Source of the DNA: an uncultured Gemmatimonadales bacterium
Lineage (GTDB): Bacteria; Gemmatimonadota; Gemmatimonadetes; Longimicrobiales; Longimicrobiaceae
NCBI GenBank assembly: GCA_963716255.1
Contig: OY970303.1
Location: 1,760,001-1,824,000, forward strand
Length of the DNA stretch: 64,000 nucleotides
Reading direction: 5' to 3'
In this document: piece after piece, positions 1 through 9,694 of the stretch
Layout: every line of letters begins with the position of its first letter
How positions within the stretch are numbered: the stretch's first letter is position 1
Program-made: the position numbers and the translations under genes
Notes under the pieces: generated by a model
Told to the model about the DNA's origin: nothing
The model's input: only the letters and a program-made list of their open reading frames with translations
The model's database searches: none

Positions 1-2745
1 CCGCTCGCAGTTGAGCTGGAAGCGGCAGCGGTTGTACTCCTTGTAGTTGAACACCTTGTTGCCGCCCTTGTAGTCCAGTTGCGCGAACAGCCGCACGCCG
101 CCGAAGAGGGTGAAGGTGTTGGAGAACCCTACCTCGCGCGTGGGCGCCGGCGGCCCCAGGTAGCTGAAGGCGGTGTCCACGACCGGCTGCAGCCGCGAGT
201 TGATCACGTAGCCGCCGCTCGCGTCGCGCGAGGGGAGCTGCGCCCAGAAGCCGCCCAGCGGGTACCCCGGCCGGTTCTCCTGCACCGCCCCGTACGCCTG
301 GCCGACCAGGACGCTGCGGGTCAGCCCGGGCTGCTCGAAGGTCAGCAGCTCGTTGTGGTTGGTGGCCAGGTTGAGCTGGCTCTCCCACGAGAAGCGGTCG
401 CGCCGCACCGGGGTGGCGGTCAGCAGCAGCTCGACGCCGGTGTTGCGGATGTCGCCCAGGTTCTCGGTGCGGCCCTGGAAGAAGCCCTCCGACGGGGCGA
501 TGGAGACCGCCTGCAGCAGGTTGTCCGTGCGCTTGTTGTAGTAGGTGAAGTCCACCGCCAGGCGGTTGTCGAAGAGGCCGCCCTCGAAGCCCACCTCGAA
601 CTCCTCGCCGCGCTCCGGCTCCAGGTTGGGGTTGCCGAAGTTGAGGGTGCGGACGCCGCTCACCGTGGTCACGCCCGTCGCGGTGGGCTGCGTCACCTTG
701 ACCACCGTGTACGTCTGGTTGGCCTGGTTCGCCAGCGGGGCGCGCCCGGCCTGCCCGTACGCCGCGCGCAGCTTGAAGTCGGCGACGCGCGCCCGCTCGA
801 AGAAGCCCGCGAGCGCCGGCTCCTCGCTCACCACGTAGGAGACCTGCGCCTTGGGGTAGGTGATCAGGTCGAACTCCGCCCCGAAGCTGGAAAAGTCGTC
901 CGCCCGCAGCGCGCCCACCAGGAAGAGGCGGTTGTTGATGCTCAGCTGCTGCTGGACGTAGTAGCCGATGGAGTTGACCTCCTCGAACGTGTTGGACCCC
1001 GTGGTGAGGGCCGCGTTCTGGATGGCCGTGATGTCGGGGGCGCCCAGCCCCGTGCCGGAGCCGAAGAGCTGGTCGAAGCGCCGCGCGATGTACTGCGTGC
1101 CGAACGACGTGGACGACTCCATCCACCCCGTGACCGGGAGCTCCACCGTGCCCACGTAGTCCGCCGTGTACACCCGGTTGCGGGGGTAGCGCAGCGAGCT
1201 CTGACCCTCGGGGAAGCCCGCGAACTCGGCGTCCGTGGAGCCCGGGGGCGACAGGAGGCGCGCCTCGTTCTGCGTGAGGTCCAGCCCCAGCGTCAGCCGG
1301 TTGCGGAACCACTCGAAGGGCCGGTAGTTGGCCGTGGTCCCCAGCGTGGTCCGGTCGGAGTAGGTCTGGTTGTCGTAGCGGACCGCCTGCTCGCCGCCCA
1401 CGGAGCCCGGGTACCCCGGGAACACGTTGGGGAAGGAGGAGCGCCGCCCCGGGATGCCGCGCACCGAAAGGAGGTACAGCCCCTGCCCCGACTCGTCGCC
1501 CACGGGGAGCCGCAGGTGGTTGCGGACGTAGTTGCTGGACACCTGGAAGTCCAGCTGGTCGGTGGCGTAGGCGGTGAAGTTGGCCCGCACCGAGCGCCGC
1601 CGGTTGAAGCTGTTGGCGAACAGGCCGTTCTCGTGGTCCAGGTCGCCCGAGACGAAGTACGAGAAGCGGTCGCCGCCGCCGCGCACCGACAGGTTCAGCC
1701 GGTTCAGGTCGCCGGAGTTGATGCCGAACGGGTCGTCCAGGATGGGGCTCCGCTCCTGGAGCACCGTGCCGGCCGCCACCCCCTGGCACGCCGGGTACGT
1801 GGGCTCGGAAACGCTGTTCACGACCGTGCGGGCCGCGATGTTGGCCGGGGTGCAGGTGGTGAAGTTGTCGACGATGTCCGACCCGATCCGGCTCTGCCCG
1901 TACTCGTACTTCACGTTCCAGCGGGTCCGCTGGGCCCCGCGCGGCCCCTTCTTGGTGATCACCTGGATCACCCCCGCCGCCGCCTCCGCGCCGTACAGCG
2001 TGGCCGCCGCCGGCCCCTTGAGCACCTCGATGGACTCGATGTCCTCCGGGTTGATGAAGGAGAGCGCCGAGGTCACCTGGGTGCTGAAGGACTGGGTCCC
2101 TGCCCCCGACGCGCCGAAGTTGCCCAGCGACGCGTCGCTGTAGCGGATCCCGTCCACGTAGATCACCGGCCGCACCGAGGTGAGCGAGCCGGCGCCGCGA
2201 ACCACGATGTCCGCCGCCGCGCCGGGGGTGCCGGAGTTGGAAAGGATCTGCACGCCCGGTGTGCGCGACTGCAGGATCTCCGTGACGTCGCTCACCGTGG
2301 TCTTCTCGGTCACCGACGCGGCGTCCAGCTTGACCATGGAGTTGCCGAGCTCGCGGCGGCTGGTGGCCCCCGGCGTGCCCGTGACCACGATGGCGTCCAG
2401 CGCCACGCTCGCCGCGGCGAGCGCGAAGTCGGCACGGGCGGTCTCCCCCGCGGCGACGGTGACGGTGGAGGTGGCCGGCGCGTAGCCGAGCATGGCCGCC
2501 CGGAGCTGCACCCGGCCGGCCGGGACGCCGGCCAGCGAGTACTCCCCGGTGCCGCCGGTCACGGCGCCCTGCCCGCTCCCCGTCGTCACCCGCACCCCCG
2601 CGAGCGGGCGCTGGGTGCCGGTCTCCACGACGGTGCCGCGCACGGTCCCGGTGGACTGCGCGGCGAGCGGGGGGGCGGCCGTCCCCAGCAGGGCGGCTGC
2701 CCCGACGAGCACCCGCGCGATGATCCTGCGACCTGGTAGGGTCAT
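1..2745 (-). CDS. SusC/RagA-family TonB-dependent outer-membrane receptor (3' end runs off the window start)
   Basis: Manual minus-strand translation from ATG at 2745 (RBS AAGGAG): MTLPGRRIIARVLVGAAALLGTAAPPLAAQSTGTVRGTVV signal peptide, carboxypeptidase-regulatory-like domain, LDAIVVTGT, plug motifs PVIYVDG and IESIEVLKGPAAATLYGAEAAAGVIQVITKKG. Not in the ORF track because the frame is open at the edge. Confidence 0.93.
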   Translation of the reverse strand, partial: MTLPGRRIIARVLVGAAALLGTAAPPLAAQSTGTVRGTVVETGTQRPLAGVRVTTGSGQGAVTGGTGEYSLAGVPAGRVQLRAAMLGYAPATSTVTVAAGETARADFALAAASVALDAIVVTGTPGATSRRELGNSMVKLDAASVTEKTTVSDVTEILQSRTPGVQILSNSGTPGAAADIVVRGAGSLTSVRPVIYVDGIRYSDASLGNFGASGAGTQSFSTQVTSALSFINPEDIESIEVLKGPAAATLYGAEAAAGVIQVITKKGPRGAQRTRWNVKYEYGQSRIGSDIVDNFTTCTPANIAARTVVNSVSEPTYPACQGVAAGTVLQERSPILDDPFGINSGDLNRLNLSVRGGGDRFSYFVSGDLDHENGLFANSFNRRRSVRANFTAYATDQLDFQVSSNYVRNHLRLPVGDESGQGLYLLSVRGIPGRRSSFPNVFPGYPGSVGGEQAVRYDNQTYSDRTTLGTTANYRPFEWFRNRLTLGLDLTQNEARLLSPPGSTDAEFAGFPEGQSSLRYPRNRVYTADYVGTVELPVTGWMESSTSFGTQYIARRFDQLFGSGTGLGAPDITAIQNAALTTGSNTFEEVNSIGYYVQQQLSINNRLFLVGALRADDFSSFGAEFDLITYPKAQVSYVVSEEPALAGFFERARVADFKLRAAYGQAGRAPLANQANQTYTVVKVTQPTATGVTTVSGVRTLNFGNPNLEPERGEEFEVGFEGGLFDNRLAVDFTYYNKRTDNLLQAVSIAPSEGFFQGRTENLGDIRNTGVELLLTATPVRRDRFSWESQLNLATNHNELLTFEQPGLTRSVLVGQAYGAVQENRPGYPLGGFWAQLPSRDASGGYVINSRLQPVVDTAFSYLGPPAPTREVGFSNTFTLFGGVRLFAQLDYKGGNKVFNYKEYNRCRFQLNCER

Positions 2746-2911
2746 TTGTTTCTCCTTGAGACGAATTGCACTGCGATCGGGCGGCGAGCACGAAGAAGTG
2801 GAGGCGGGCACCGTCCTTTCGGTTGGGAGGAAAGCGTGGACGGGAACGACGAACGACCGGACCTGCCTGCGGTGCGGAAGCGTGACCTGCCCGTGCTGTG
2901 GCTGAGACCGC

Positions 2912-2940
2912 AGATTAGCCGGCGTGGACATGCATGTCAA
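2912..2940 (-). promoter_or_regulatory. sigma70-type promoter (TTGACA-N17-TAATCT) overlapping a 12-bp palindrome GACATGCATGTC (2927-2938)
   Basis: Minus strand reads TTGACA (2940-2935), a 17-nt spacer, then TAATCT (2917-2912), ~170 nt upstream of the TonB receptor start. Confidence 0.65.
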
Positions 2941-3028
2941 CGCGGTTTCCGCGCGCCGCCACACGTTTCCGGGCACCGGGCCCGCGCGCAAATAAGCGCG
3001 GGGCACCATGCCGAACGGCACGGTGCCC

Positions 3029-3164
3029 CGCGTGAGGGATTACGGCCCGAAGGGGCGAGACCCGCGGGCAGTTTCGCGGGGCTCGACTCCGTTAGCCCGC
3101 GTTGTTTGCGGGCTTACGGAGCCGAAGCCCGACCCCAGCGCCAGCCGGGGGCACGCCCGAACCC
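3029..3164 (-). repeat. Family-1 structured intergenic repeat, copy A
   Basis: Matches the 13 other copies (GGGCGTG...CCCTCACGC on the minus strand). Starts ~24 nt after the glgP stop. Confidence 0.95.
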
Positions 3165-3187
3165 GCGGTTGCCGTTCAGCCCAAGCG

Positions 3188-5632
3188 CTACAGCTTCCAG
3201 ATCCGCTCCGCGTACTCCCGCACCGAACGATCGCTGGAAAAGAACCCGCAGCGCGCCACGTTGAGGATCGCGCTCCGGGTCCACGCCTCGCGGTCGCGGT
3301 ATGCCGCGTCCACCGCGTCCTGCGCCGCCACGTACGCGTCGAAGTCGGCGAGGAGCATGAAGCGGTCGTCGTGCAGCAGCGAGTCCAGCAGCGGGCGGAA
3401 GAGCCCCGGGTTCTCCGCCGACAGCGCCCCGGAGGAGATGAAGTCCAGCACCCGGCGCAGCCGCGGGCTGGCCTCCACGAAGCGGCGCGGGTCGTACCCC
3501 GCCGCCTTGGAGGCCGCGACCTGCTCCGCGGTGAGCCCGAAGATGAAGACGTTGTCCGGCCCCACCGCCTCGGCGATCTCCACGTTGGCGCCGTCCAGCG
3601 TGCCGATGGTGAGCGCCCCGTTGAGCGCGAACTTCATGTTCCCCGTCCCCGACGCCTCGTACCCCGCCGTGGAGATCTGCTCCGACAGGTCGCTCCCGGG
3701 AAAGATCCGCTCGGCCAGCGACACCCGGTAGTCCGGGAGGAAGGCAACCTGCAGCCTGGGGCTCACCGCCGGGTCGGCGTTGGCCTTCGCCGCGACGGCG
3801 TTGATGAGCTGGATGATCAGCTTCGCCGTCCAGTAGGTGGGCGCCGCCTTGCCGCCGAAGAGCACCGCGCGCGGCACCACGTCCAGCGCCGGGTCGTCGC
3901 GCAGGCGCAGGTACAGGTCCACCAGGCGCAGCGCGTTGAGGAGCTGGCGCTTGTACTCGTGCATGCGCTTCACCTGCACGTCCACCAGCGCGTGCGGGTC
4001 CATCTTCACCCCCGTCTCGGCGAGGACGGTCTTCGCCAGCGCGGCCTTGTTGGCCGCCTTGATGGCGCGCCAGCGCTCGCGGAACACGGTGTCGTCGGCA
4101 TGCGCCTCCAGCCCTTTCAGCAGCGGGAGGTCCACGATCCACCCGTCGCCCACCGTTTCCGTGATCAGCTCCGAGAGCCCGGGGTTGGACTTGAGGAGCC
4201 AGCGCCGCTGCGTCACCCCGTTGGTCACCGAGGTGATGCGGTCCGGGTACAGCTCGTCGAACTCGTGGAAGATGCGCTCGCGCAGGATCTGCGTGTGAAG
4301 CGCCGCCACGCCGTTGACGGTGTGGCTCCCCACGATGGCCAGGTGCGCCATGCGCACCTGCCCGCCCGAGATGATCGCCATGCGCTCCACCCGCGCCGGG
4401 TCCTCGGGGAAGCGGCCCGCCACCTGCTCGCGGAAGCGCCGGTCGATCTCGCGCACCAGGTCGAAGTGCCGGGGGAGGAGCCGCGAGAACAGGTCCACGC
4501 CCCACGCCTCCAGCGCCTCCGGGAGCACCGTGTGGTTGGTGTACGCGAAGGTGCGGCGGGCGATGTCGAAGGCGTCGTCCCACTCCAGCCCCTCCTCGTC
4601 CATCAGCAGCCGCATCAGCTCGGGGATGGCCACCGCCGGGTGGGTGTCGTTGAGCTGCACCTGCACCTTGTCGGGGAAGTCCGTGAAGGTCTTCCGCTCG
4701 CGCTTGTAGCGCAGGAGGATGTCCTGCAGCGTGGCCGACACGAAGAAGTACTGCTGCTTGAGACGCAGCTCCTTCCCCGCCCCCGTGTCGTCGGGCGGGT
4801 ACAGCACCTTGGAGATGGTCTCCGTCTGCGTCTTGGCCTCCACCGCGGCGATGTAGTTGCCGCGGATGAAGCCCTCCAGGTCGAACTCCTCGGTGGCCTT
4901 GGCCGCCCAGAGCCGCAGGGTGTTGACGGTGTGGTTGCAGTAGCCGGGGATGGGGGTGTCGTAGGCCATGGCCAGCACGTCGCTGGTGTCCACCCAGCTG
5001 AAGTGCACGCGCCCCTCCGAGTCCTTTTCGCCCACCACCCGCCCGTAGAACTTCACCGGGTAGGTGCGGTCCGGCCGGGCGATCTCCCAGGGGTTGTCGT
5101 CGCGCAGCCAGTTGTCGGGCATCTCCACCTGGCGGCCGTCCGCGTCGATGCGCTGCCGGAAGATGCCGTGCTCGTAGCGGATCCCGTAGCCGTAGCCGGG
5201 GATCTCCAGCGTCGCCATGGAGTCCAGGTAGCACGCCGCCAGCCGCCCCAGGCCGCCGTTGCCCAGCCCGGCGTCGGGCTCGCGCTCCTCCAGCACCTCC
5301 AGGTCGTAGCCCAGCTCGGCCACGGCCTCGGCGGTGGCGCCCTCGAGCCCCAGGTTGACGAGGGCGTTCCCCAGGGCCCGGCCCATGAGGAACTCCAGCG
5401 ACAGGTAGTAGACGCGCTTCACGTCGTCGCGCCGGTACGCGGACTGGGTGGCCGCCCAGCGCTCGGCGAGCCGGTCGCGGACGCTCCACGCCGTGCTCAT
5501 GTAGACGTCGCGCTCGTTGGCGCTGGTCTGGTCCAGCGCGAGCGTGTAGGTGACGTGGTCGGAGATGGCGCGCTTCAGGGCATCTATGCGCGTGGACCTG
5601 CGTCCCGTGTCGGGCCGTGGGTTCTGGAGCAT
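3188..5632 (-). CDS. glgP: Glycogen/starch phosphorylase
   Basis: YYLSLEFLMGR, LGNGGLGRLAAC, QLNDTHP, EASGTGNMKF (PLP lysine). Start chosen at MLQNPRP. Confidence 0.97.
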   Translation of the reverse strand: MLQNPRPDTGRRSTRIDALKRAISDHVTYTLALDQTSANERDVYMSTAWSVRDRLAERWAATQSAYRRDDVKRVYYLSLEFLMGRALGNALVNLGLEGATAEAVAELGYDLEVLEEREPDAGLGNGGLGRLAACYLDSMATLEIPGYGYGIRYEHGIFRQRIDADGRQVEMPDNWLRDDNPWEIARPDRTYPVKFYGRVVGEKDSEGRVHFSWVDTSDVLAMAYDTPIPGYCNHTVNTLRLWAAKATEEFDLEGFIRGNYIAAVEAKTQTETISKVLYPPDDTGAGKELRLKQQYFFVSATLQDILLRYKRERKTFTDFPDKVQVQLNDTHPAVAIPELMRLLMDEEGLEWDDAFDIARRTFAYTNHTVLPEALEAWGVDLFSRLLPRHFDLVREIDRRFREQVAGRFPEDPARVERMAIISGGQVRMAHLAIVGSHTVNGVAALHTQILRERIFHEFDELYPDRITSVTNGVTQRRWLLKSNPGLSELITETVGDGWIVDLPLLKGLEAHADDTVFRERWRAIKAANKAALAKTVLAETGVKMDPHALVDVQVKRMHEYKRQLLNALRLVDLYLRLRDDPALDVVPRAVLFGGKAAPTYWTAKLIIQLINAVAAKANADPAVSPRLQVAFLPDYRVSLAERIFPGSDLSEQISTAGYEASGTGNMKFALNGALTIGTLDGANVEIAEAVGPDNVFIFGLTAEQVAASKAAGYDPRRFVEASPRLRRVLDFISSGALSAENPGLFRPLLDSLLHDDRFMLLADFDAYVAAQDAVDAAYRDREAWTRSAILNVARCGFFSSDRSVREYAERIWKL

Positions 5633-5746
5633 GGGAGTTTTTCGGGGAAAGCTCGGCCGGTGACATCCCGGCCCGCCGCTGCGGGCGGACTGCAGGAAAC
5701 TGGAAGAGGGCACAAAGATAAGGGCGCCCGCGAGCGCCCGAAAGGT

Positions 5747-6976
5747 TCAACCCCTGTCCGCCCTCGACAGTTCCCCCGCGCCGCGCTCCGCGCCGCGCCT
5801 GCACGGAAACGCCAGGGCGAACAGCGAGCCCTCCTCGCCGAACTCCGCCCAGGTGCGCCCGCCCATCCCCTCCACCGTTTCCCGGACGATGCTGAGCCCC
5901 AGCCCCGTCCCCTCCACCCCGGTGACGGTGCCGTGCGCCCGGAAGAAGCGCTGGAACAGCCTGGAGCGCGCCTCCTCCGGCACCCCGATGCCGTTGTCGC
6001 GCACCTCCACCACCAGCTCGCACCCCCCGGTGCCCTGCGTGCCCTCCAGGAAGGCGCCGATGTGCACGCGGCGGGCGGGCTTGGACGGGTCCGAGTACTT
6101 GATGGCGTTGGACACGTAGTTGGACAGGCTCAGCTCCACCGCCGCCGCGTTGACCTCGATGCAGGGGAGCTCCCCCTCCACCTTCACCTCCACCCCGCGC
6201 GACTGCGCCATCTCGCGGAGCTGGCGGACCACCTCGCCCACCGCCTCGGGGAGGAGCACGTTGCGCTGGCGGCGCAGGTCGCTGTCCAGCCGCGACAGCT
6301 CCATCAGGTTCTGCAGGATGTCCTGCATGGCCTCGGTGTTCTGCACCGCCATCTCCGCGAAGCGGGCGCGCTTCTGCGGGTTTTCCGCGATCCAGTCCTC
6401 CTGGAGCATCTGCGCCGCCCCCAGCACCGTCCCGATGCGGTTCTTGAGCTCGTGCGACACCATGCGGTTGAAGCTGCGCAGCCGGTTCTCGCGCTCGCGC
6501 ACCTGCTCGGCGGAAAGGCGCAGGTAGTGCCCGGTGGTGTGCTGCTGGATGATGGACACGGCGCGGAAGAGCCGGTGCGCGCACGCCAGCAGCTCGGAGC
6601 GGGTGCACGGCTCGTCCACGTCGTCCACCGTTCGCACCAGGAAAGCGAAGAGCACGCCGCCCAGGATCTCGTACTCCTTGAGGATCTCGTGGGCGTCGAA
6701 GCCCTGGGTGTAGCGCAGTCCGCCCAGCTCGATCGCCTTGGCCACCACCGGGACGTCGGCGGTGATCTCCTGCGCGGGGTCCTCCAGGTAGTCGGCGATC
6801 CCCACCATCAGCAGCGGCACGTGGTCCAGCAGCTCGTCGGTGGGAAAGACGCGCATGGGATCCAGGGCCACGCGGGCGGCGATGCGGTCCAGCCAGCGGC
6901 GGGTGAGGTCCTCCCGCGCGTCGCGGATCTCCTTCGCCAGCGCCACGGCGAGCCTGCAGTTTACGGTGATCTCCAT
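5747..6976 (-). CDS. Cytoplasmic sensor histidine kinase with an N-terminal RsbRD_N-like helical domain
   Basis: H-box SHELKN, N-box NAIKYS, DNGIG, GTGLGL. No TM segment. N-terminus (W...LG.LRY.QGFD..EILKEY..L) resembles RsbRD_N. Confidence 0.9.
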   Translation of the reverse strand: MEITVNCRLAVALAKEIRDAREDLTRRWLDRIAARVALDPMRVFPTDELLDHVPLLMVGIADYLEDPAQEITADVPVVAKAIELGGLRYTQGFDAHEILKEYEILGGVLFAFLVRTVDDVDEPCTRSELLACAHRLFRAVSIIQQHTTGHYLRLSAEQVRERENRLRSFNRMVSHELKNRIGTVLGAAQMLQEDWIAENPQKRARFAEMAVQNTEAMQDILQNLMELSRLDSDLRRQRNVLLPEAVGEVVRQLREMAQSRGVEVKVEGELPCIEVNAAAVELSLSNYVSNAIKYSDPSKPARRVHIGAFLEGTQGTGGCELVVEVRDNGIGVPEEARSRLFQRFFRAHGTVTGVEGTGLGLSIVRETVEGMGGRTWAEFGEEGSLFALAFPCRRGAERGAGELSRADRG

Positions 6977-7079
6977 GGGTCTGCCTGGCCGGGCGCGCTC
7001 GTTCGCCGCGCGTCGTGGAAGCGGTAGCCCCGCCGGTTGAGCAGGATGTGGGCCACGCGGCGGCTGGTGGGAACCGTAT

Positions 7080-7217
7080 GTTCGGGCATGACCCCGGCTG
7101 GCGCCGGGGTCGGGCTTCGGCTCCGTAGCACACGAAACTACCGTGTGCAACGGAGTCGAGCCCCCGCGGAAACAGCCCCGCGGGGTCTCGCCCCTTCGGG
7201 CCGAAATCCCTCATGCG
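7080..7217 (+). repeat. Family-1 structured repeat, copy B
   Basis: Closing stem covaries to GCATG/CATGC. Lies between divergent genes. Confidence 0.95.
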
Positions 7218-7249
7218 ACTGCGGGCGCCGCGGCATTCCCCGGGGCTCC

Positions 7250-7279
7250 CGCACTTTCGCACTCCCGCACTCCCGCACT
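7250..7279. repeat. Octamer tandem repeat CGCACTYY x4
   Basis: cgcacttt cgcactcc cgcactcc cgcact. Related arrays at 11497-11519 and, reversed, at 19434-19463. Confidence 0.85.
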
Positions 7280-7331
7280 ATCATCCCCCCACGTTCCGCA
7301 CGGCAGGCACCCGTTTTCCGGAGGTCGCAGG

Positions 7332-7892
7332 ATGATCCACAGGCTCTTCGCGCGCGCGCTCCCGGTGCTCGCGCTGCTGCTCATGGCACCGCTCGCGGCG
7401 GGGGCGCAGCAGCGCCCGGTCGCCAGCCCGCGCGACACCGCCAGCATGCGGCTGGGCGGCGCCGTCGTTTCCGTGGACTACGGGCGGCCGTACGCGCGCG
7501 GCCGCAAGATCATGGGCGGGCTGGTGCCCTTCGGGCAGGTGTGGCGCACCGGCGCCAACGCGGCCACCACGCTGGTGGCCGGCGCCGACCTGCGCATCGG
7601 CGGGGTGGACGTGCCCCGGGGAACGTACACGCTCTACACGGTGCCGGCGGCGAATCGCTGGCTCCTGGTGGTCAACCGCCAGACGGGGCAGTGGGGGACG
7701 GAGTACGACGCCGGGCAGGACCTGGCGCGCATCCCCATGCGCGTGGGCGCGCTGCGGTCGCCCGTGGAGCAGTTCACCATCACCCTGACGCCGGGGCAGA
7801 ACGGGCGCGGCGAGCTGGCACTGGCCTGGGAGACCACCCGCGCGAGCGTGCCGGTGGAGCTCAAGCGTCCCGCCGCGCGCGGCAGCAACTGA
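7332..7892 (+). CDS. DUF2911-family secreted protein
   Basis: Signal peptide; SPRDT...VDYGRP..RGRKI.GGLVPFG.VWRTGANAAT; QWGT.Y. Confidence 0.88.
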   Translation: MIHRLFARALPVLALLLMAPLAAGAQQRPVASPRDTASMRLGGAVVSVDYGRPYARGRKIMGGLVPFGQVWRTGANAATTLVAGADLRIGGVDVPRGTYTLYTVPAANRWLLVVNRQTGQWGTEYDAGQDLARIPMRVGALRSPVEQFTITLTPGQNGRGELALAWETTRASVPVELKRPAARGSN

Positions 7893-7902
7893 GCGCGGCG
7901 CC

Positions 7903-8511
7903 GTGAGCGACGCCTCTTCCCCGCCGCTCCCGGACCCGTTCGCGCGCTTCGGCGAGCTGCTGGAGCGCGCCCGGGCCACCGACCTCCCCGAGCCCACGGC
8001 GATGGCGCTCTCCACGGTGGGGCCGGAGGGGCGCCCCTCCTCGCGGATGGTGCTCCTCAAGGGGTTCGACGAGCACGGCTTCGTGTTCTACACCAACCTG
8101 GGGAGCCGCAAGGCGCGCGAGATCGCCGCCAACCCCTGGGTGGCGCTCTGCTTCCACTGGCAGCCGCTGGAGGTGCAGGTGCGCGTGGAGGGCCGCGCCG
8201 AGCCGGTCACCCCCGCGGAGGCGGACGCCTACTACGCTTCCCGCGCGCGAGGCAGCCGCATCGGCGCGTGGGCCTCGCGCCAGAGCGAGGAGCTCCCCGC
8301 GCGCGAGACGCTGGAGGCGCGCATCCGCGAGACCGAGGCGCGCTTCCCCGGCGAGGACGTCCCCCGCCCCCCCTTCTGGTCCGGCTTCCGCGTGGTCCCG
8401 GACCGCATGGAGCTGTGGTTCGGCCGGCCCAGCCGCCTGCACGACCGCGACGTCTACACCCGCGATCCCGCCGCGCCCGGCGGCTGGTCGCTGCGGCACC
8501 TGTATCCCTGA
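7903..8511 (+). CDS. pdxH: Pyridoxamine 5'-phosphate oxidase
   Basis: RMVLLKG, FYTN..SRKA, QVRVEG, IGAWAS.QS, RLHDR. Confidence 0.96.
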   Translation: MSDASSPPLPDPFARFGELLERARATDLPEPTAMALSTVGPEGRPSSRMVLLKGFDEHGFVFYTNLGSRKAREIAANPWVALCFHWQPLEVQVRVEGRAEPVTPAEADAYYASRARGSRIGAWASRQSEELPARETLEARIRETEARFPGEDVPRPPFWSGFRVVPDRMELWFGRPSRLHDRDVYTRDPAAPGGWSLRHLYP

Positions 8512-8545
8512 CGTGCGGGCCGAACGCACGCGGGCCCACCCGGCA

Positions 8546-8692
8546 GGCCCCCACCCGGCTCGCTTGAGGCTCGCCACCCTCCCCCCTTCATACGGTTCAC
8601 GCGAAGCGTGAAGCGCCATTCTGGGGGAGGGCCTCCTGTATCTCGGGTTGGTCGTGCTGTGCTCCCCTCTCCCGCTTGCGGGGGAGGGGGCC
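8546..8692. repeat. Family-2 CCCTCCCC...GGGGAGGG palindromic modules (REP-like)
   Basis: GGCCCCCACCCGGCTCGC..CGCCACCCTCCCC...TTCTGGGGGAGGG and CCCCTCTCCCGCTTGCGGGGAGGGGG. Similar modules near 33312-33345, 36213-36243, 38977-39033 and 62598-62662. Confidence 0.75.
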
Positions 8693-8699
8693 CGCCGTT

Positions 8700-8833
8700 G
8701 CATGAGGGATTCCGGCCCGAAGGGGCGAGACCCGGCGGCCGTTTGCCGGGGCTCGACTCCGTTGGGCTGCGTGGTTTGCAGCCCTACGGAGCCGAAGCCC
8801 GACCCCGGCGCCAGCCGGGGTCATGCCCAACCC
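8700..8833 (-). repeat. Family-1 structured repeat, copy C
   Basis: About 14 nt after the apt stop; GCATG/CATGC closing stem. Confidence 0.95.
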
Positions 8834-8846
8834 TGCCGTCGGGAAG

Positions 8847-9362
8847 TCAGTACGTGATCAGCGACCGCACGTCGTACCCCGCCAGCGCCTTCCGCCCTCC
8901 CAGGAACTCCAGCTCGATCACGAACGCCGCCGCCGCCACCACGCCGCCGATCGCCTCCACCAGGTGCGCGCTGGCGCCGGCCGTGCCCCCCGTGGCCAGC
9001 AGGTCGTCCACGATCAGCACGCGCTCGCCGGACCGCACGGCGTCGGCGTGCATCTCCAGCACGTTGGTGCCGTACTCCAGCGCGTACTCGCGGCTCACCT
9101 TGTCGTACGGGAGCCGCCCCGGCTTGCGGATGGGGACGAACCCCACCCCCAGCGCCATGGCCAGCGGCGCGCCGAAGATGAAGCCGCGCGACTCGATCCC
9201 GGCGACCACGTCGATGCCGGCGCCGCGGAAGTCCTCCGCGAGCCGGTCCACCACCTCGCGCAGCCCGCGGGGGTCGCGCAGCAGCGGGGTCACGTCGCGG
9301 AAGAGGATGCCGGGAATGGGGAAGTCGGGGATGGCGCGGACCAGCTCTTTCAGGTGCTCCAC
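8847..9362 (-). CDS. apt: Adenine phosphoribosyltransferase
   Basis: IPDFP.PGILFRDVT, ESRGFIF, RKPG.LP, LEYG, VDDLLATGGT. GTG start inferred. Confidence 0.96.
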   Translation of the reverse strand: MEHLKELVRAIPDFPIPGILFRDVTPLLRDPRGLREVVDRLAEDFRGAGIDVVAGIESRGFIFGAPLAMALGVGFVPIRKPGRLPYDKVSREYALEYGTNVLEMHADAVRSGERVLIVDDLLATGGTAGASAHLVEAIGGVVAAAAFVIELEFLGGRKALAGYDVRSLITY

Positions 9363-9493
9363 GGACGGGGCTCCGGGTAGGGGGCTCGGGGCGTCGCCGC
9401 TGCGGGCGAAGGACAGCCGACAAGATAAGCAGCCCGGGCCCGCTGCTGCCACCGGCATCGTGTGATGATGGGTTGAACGGCGGGAACTGCGGA

Positions 9494-9630
9494 TTCGGGC
9501 GTGACCCCGGCTGGCGCCGGGGTCGGGCTTCGGCTCCGTAGCAGACGATACTACCGTCTGCAACGGAGTCGAGACCCGGCGGAAACAGCCCCGCCGGGTC
9601 TCGCCCCTTCGGGCCGTAATCCCTCACGCG
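9494..9630 (+). repeat. Family-1 structured repeat, copy D
   Basis: Full-length match; antisense to the flanking apt and mreB. Confidence 0.95.
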
Positions 9631-9671
9631 ACGGCGCCCCCGCCTCGATACCGAGGCGGGGGCGCCGTCGC
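9628..9671. terminator. GC-rich hairpin (GGCGCCCCC...GGGGGCGCC family) downstream of mreB
   Basis: gcgacggcgcccccgcctcg-atac-cgaggcgggggcgccgtcgc. Near-identical copy at 11457-11496. Confidence 0.6.
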
Positions 9672-9694
9672 AGTTGCAGTTGCAGGCTGTCCCC

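Noticed and set aside
79..7262. Very long ORFs such as 79-2739 (+), 3008-7027 (+) and 3114-7262 (-), and similar ones across the window
   Set aside because: Shadow frames of real genes in very GC-rich DNA: Arg/Pro/Gly-rich, with no recognisable motifs.
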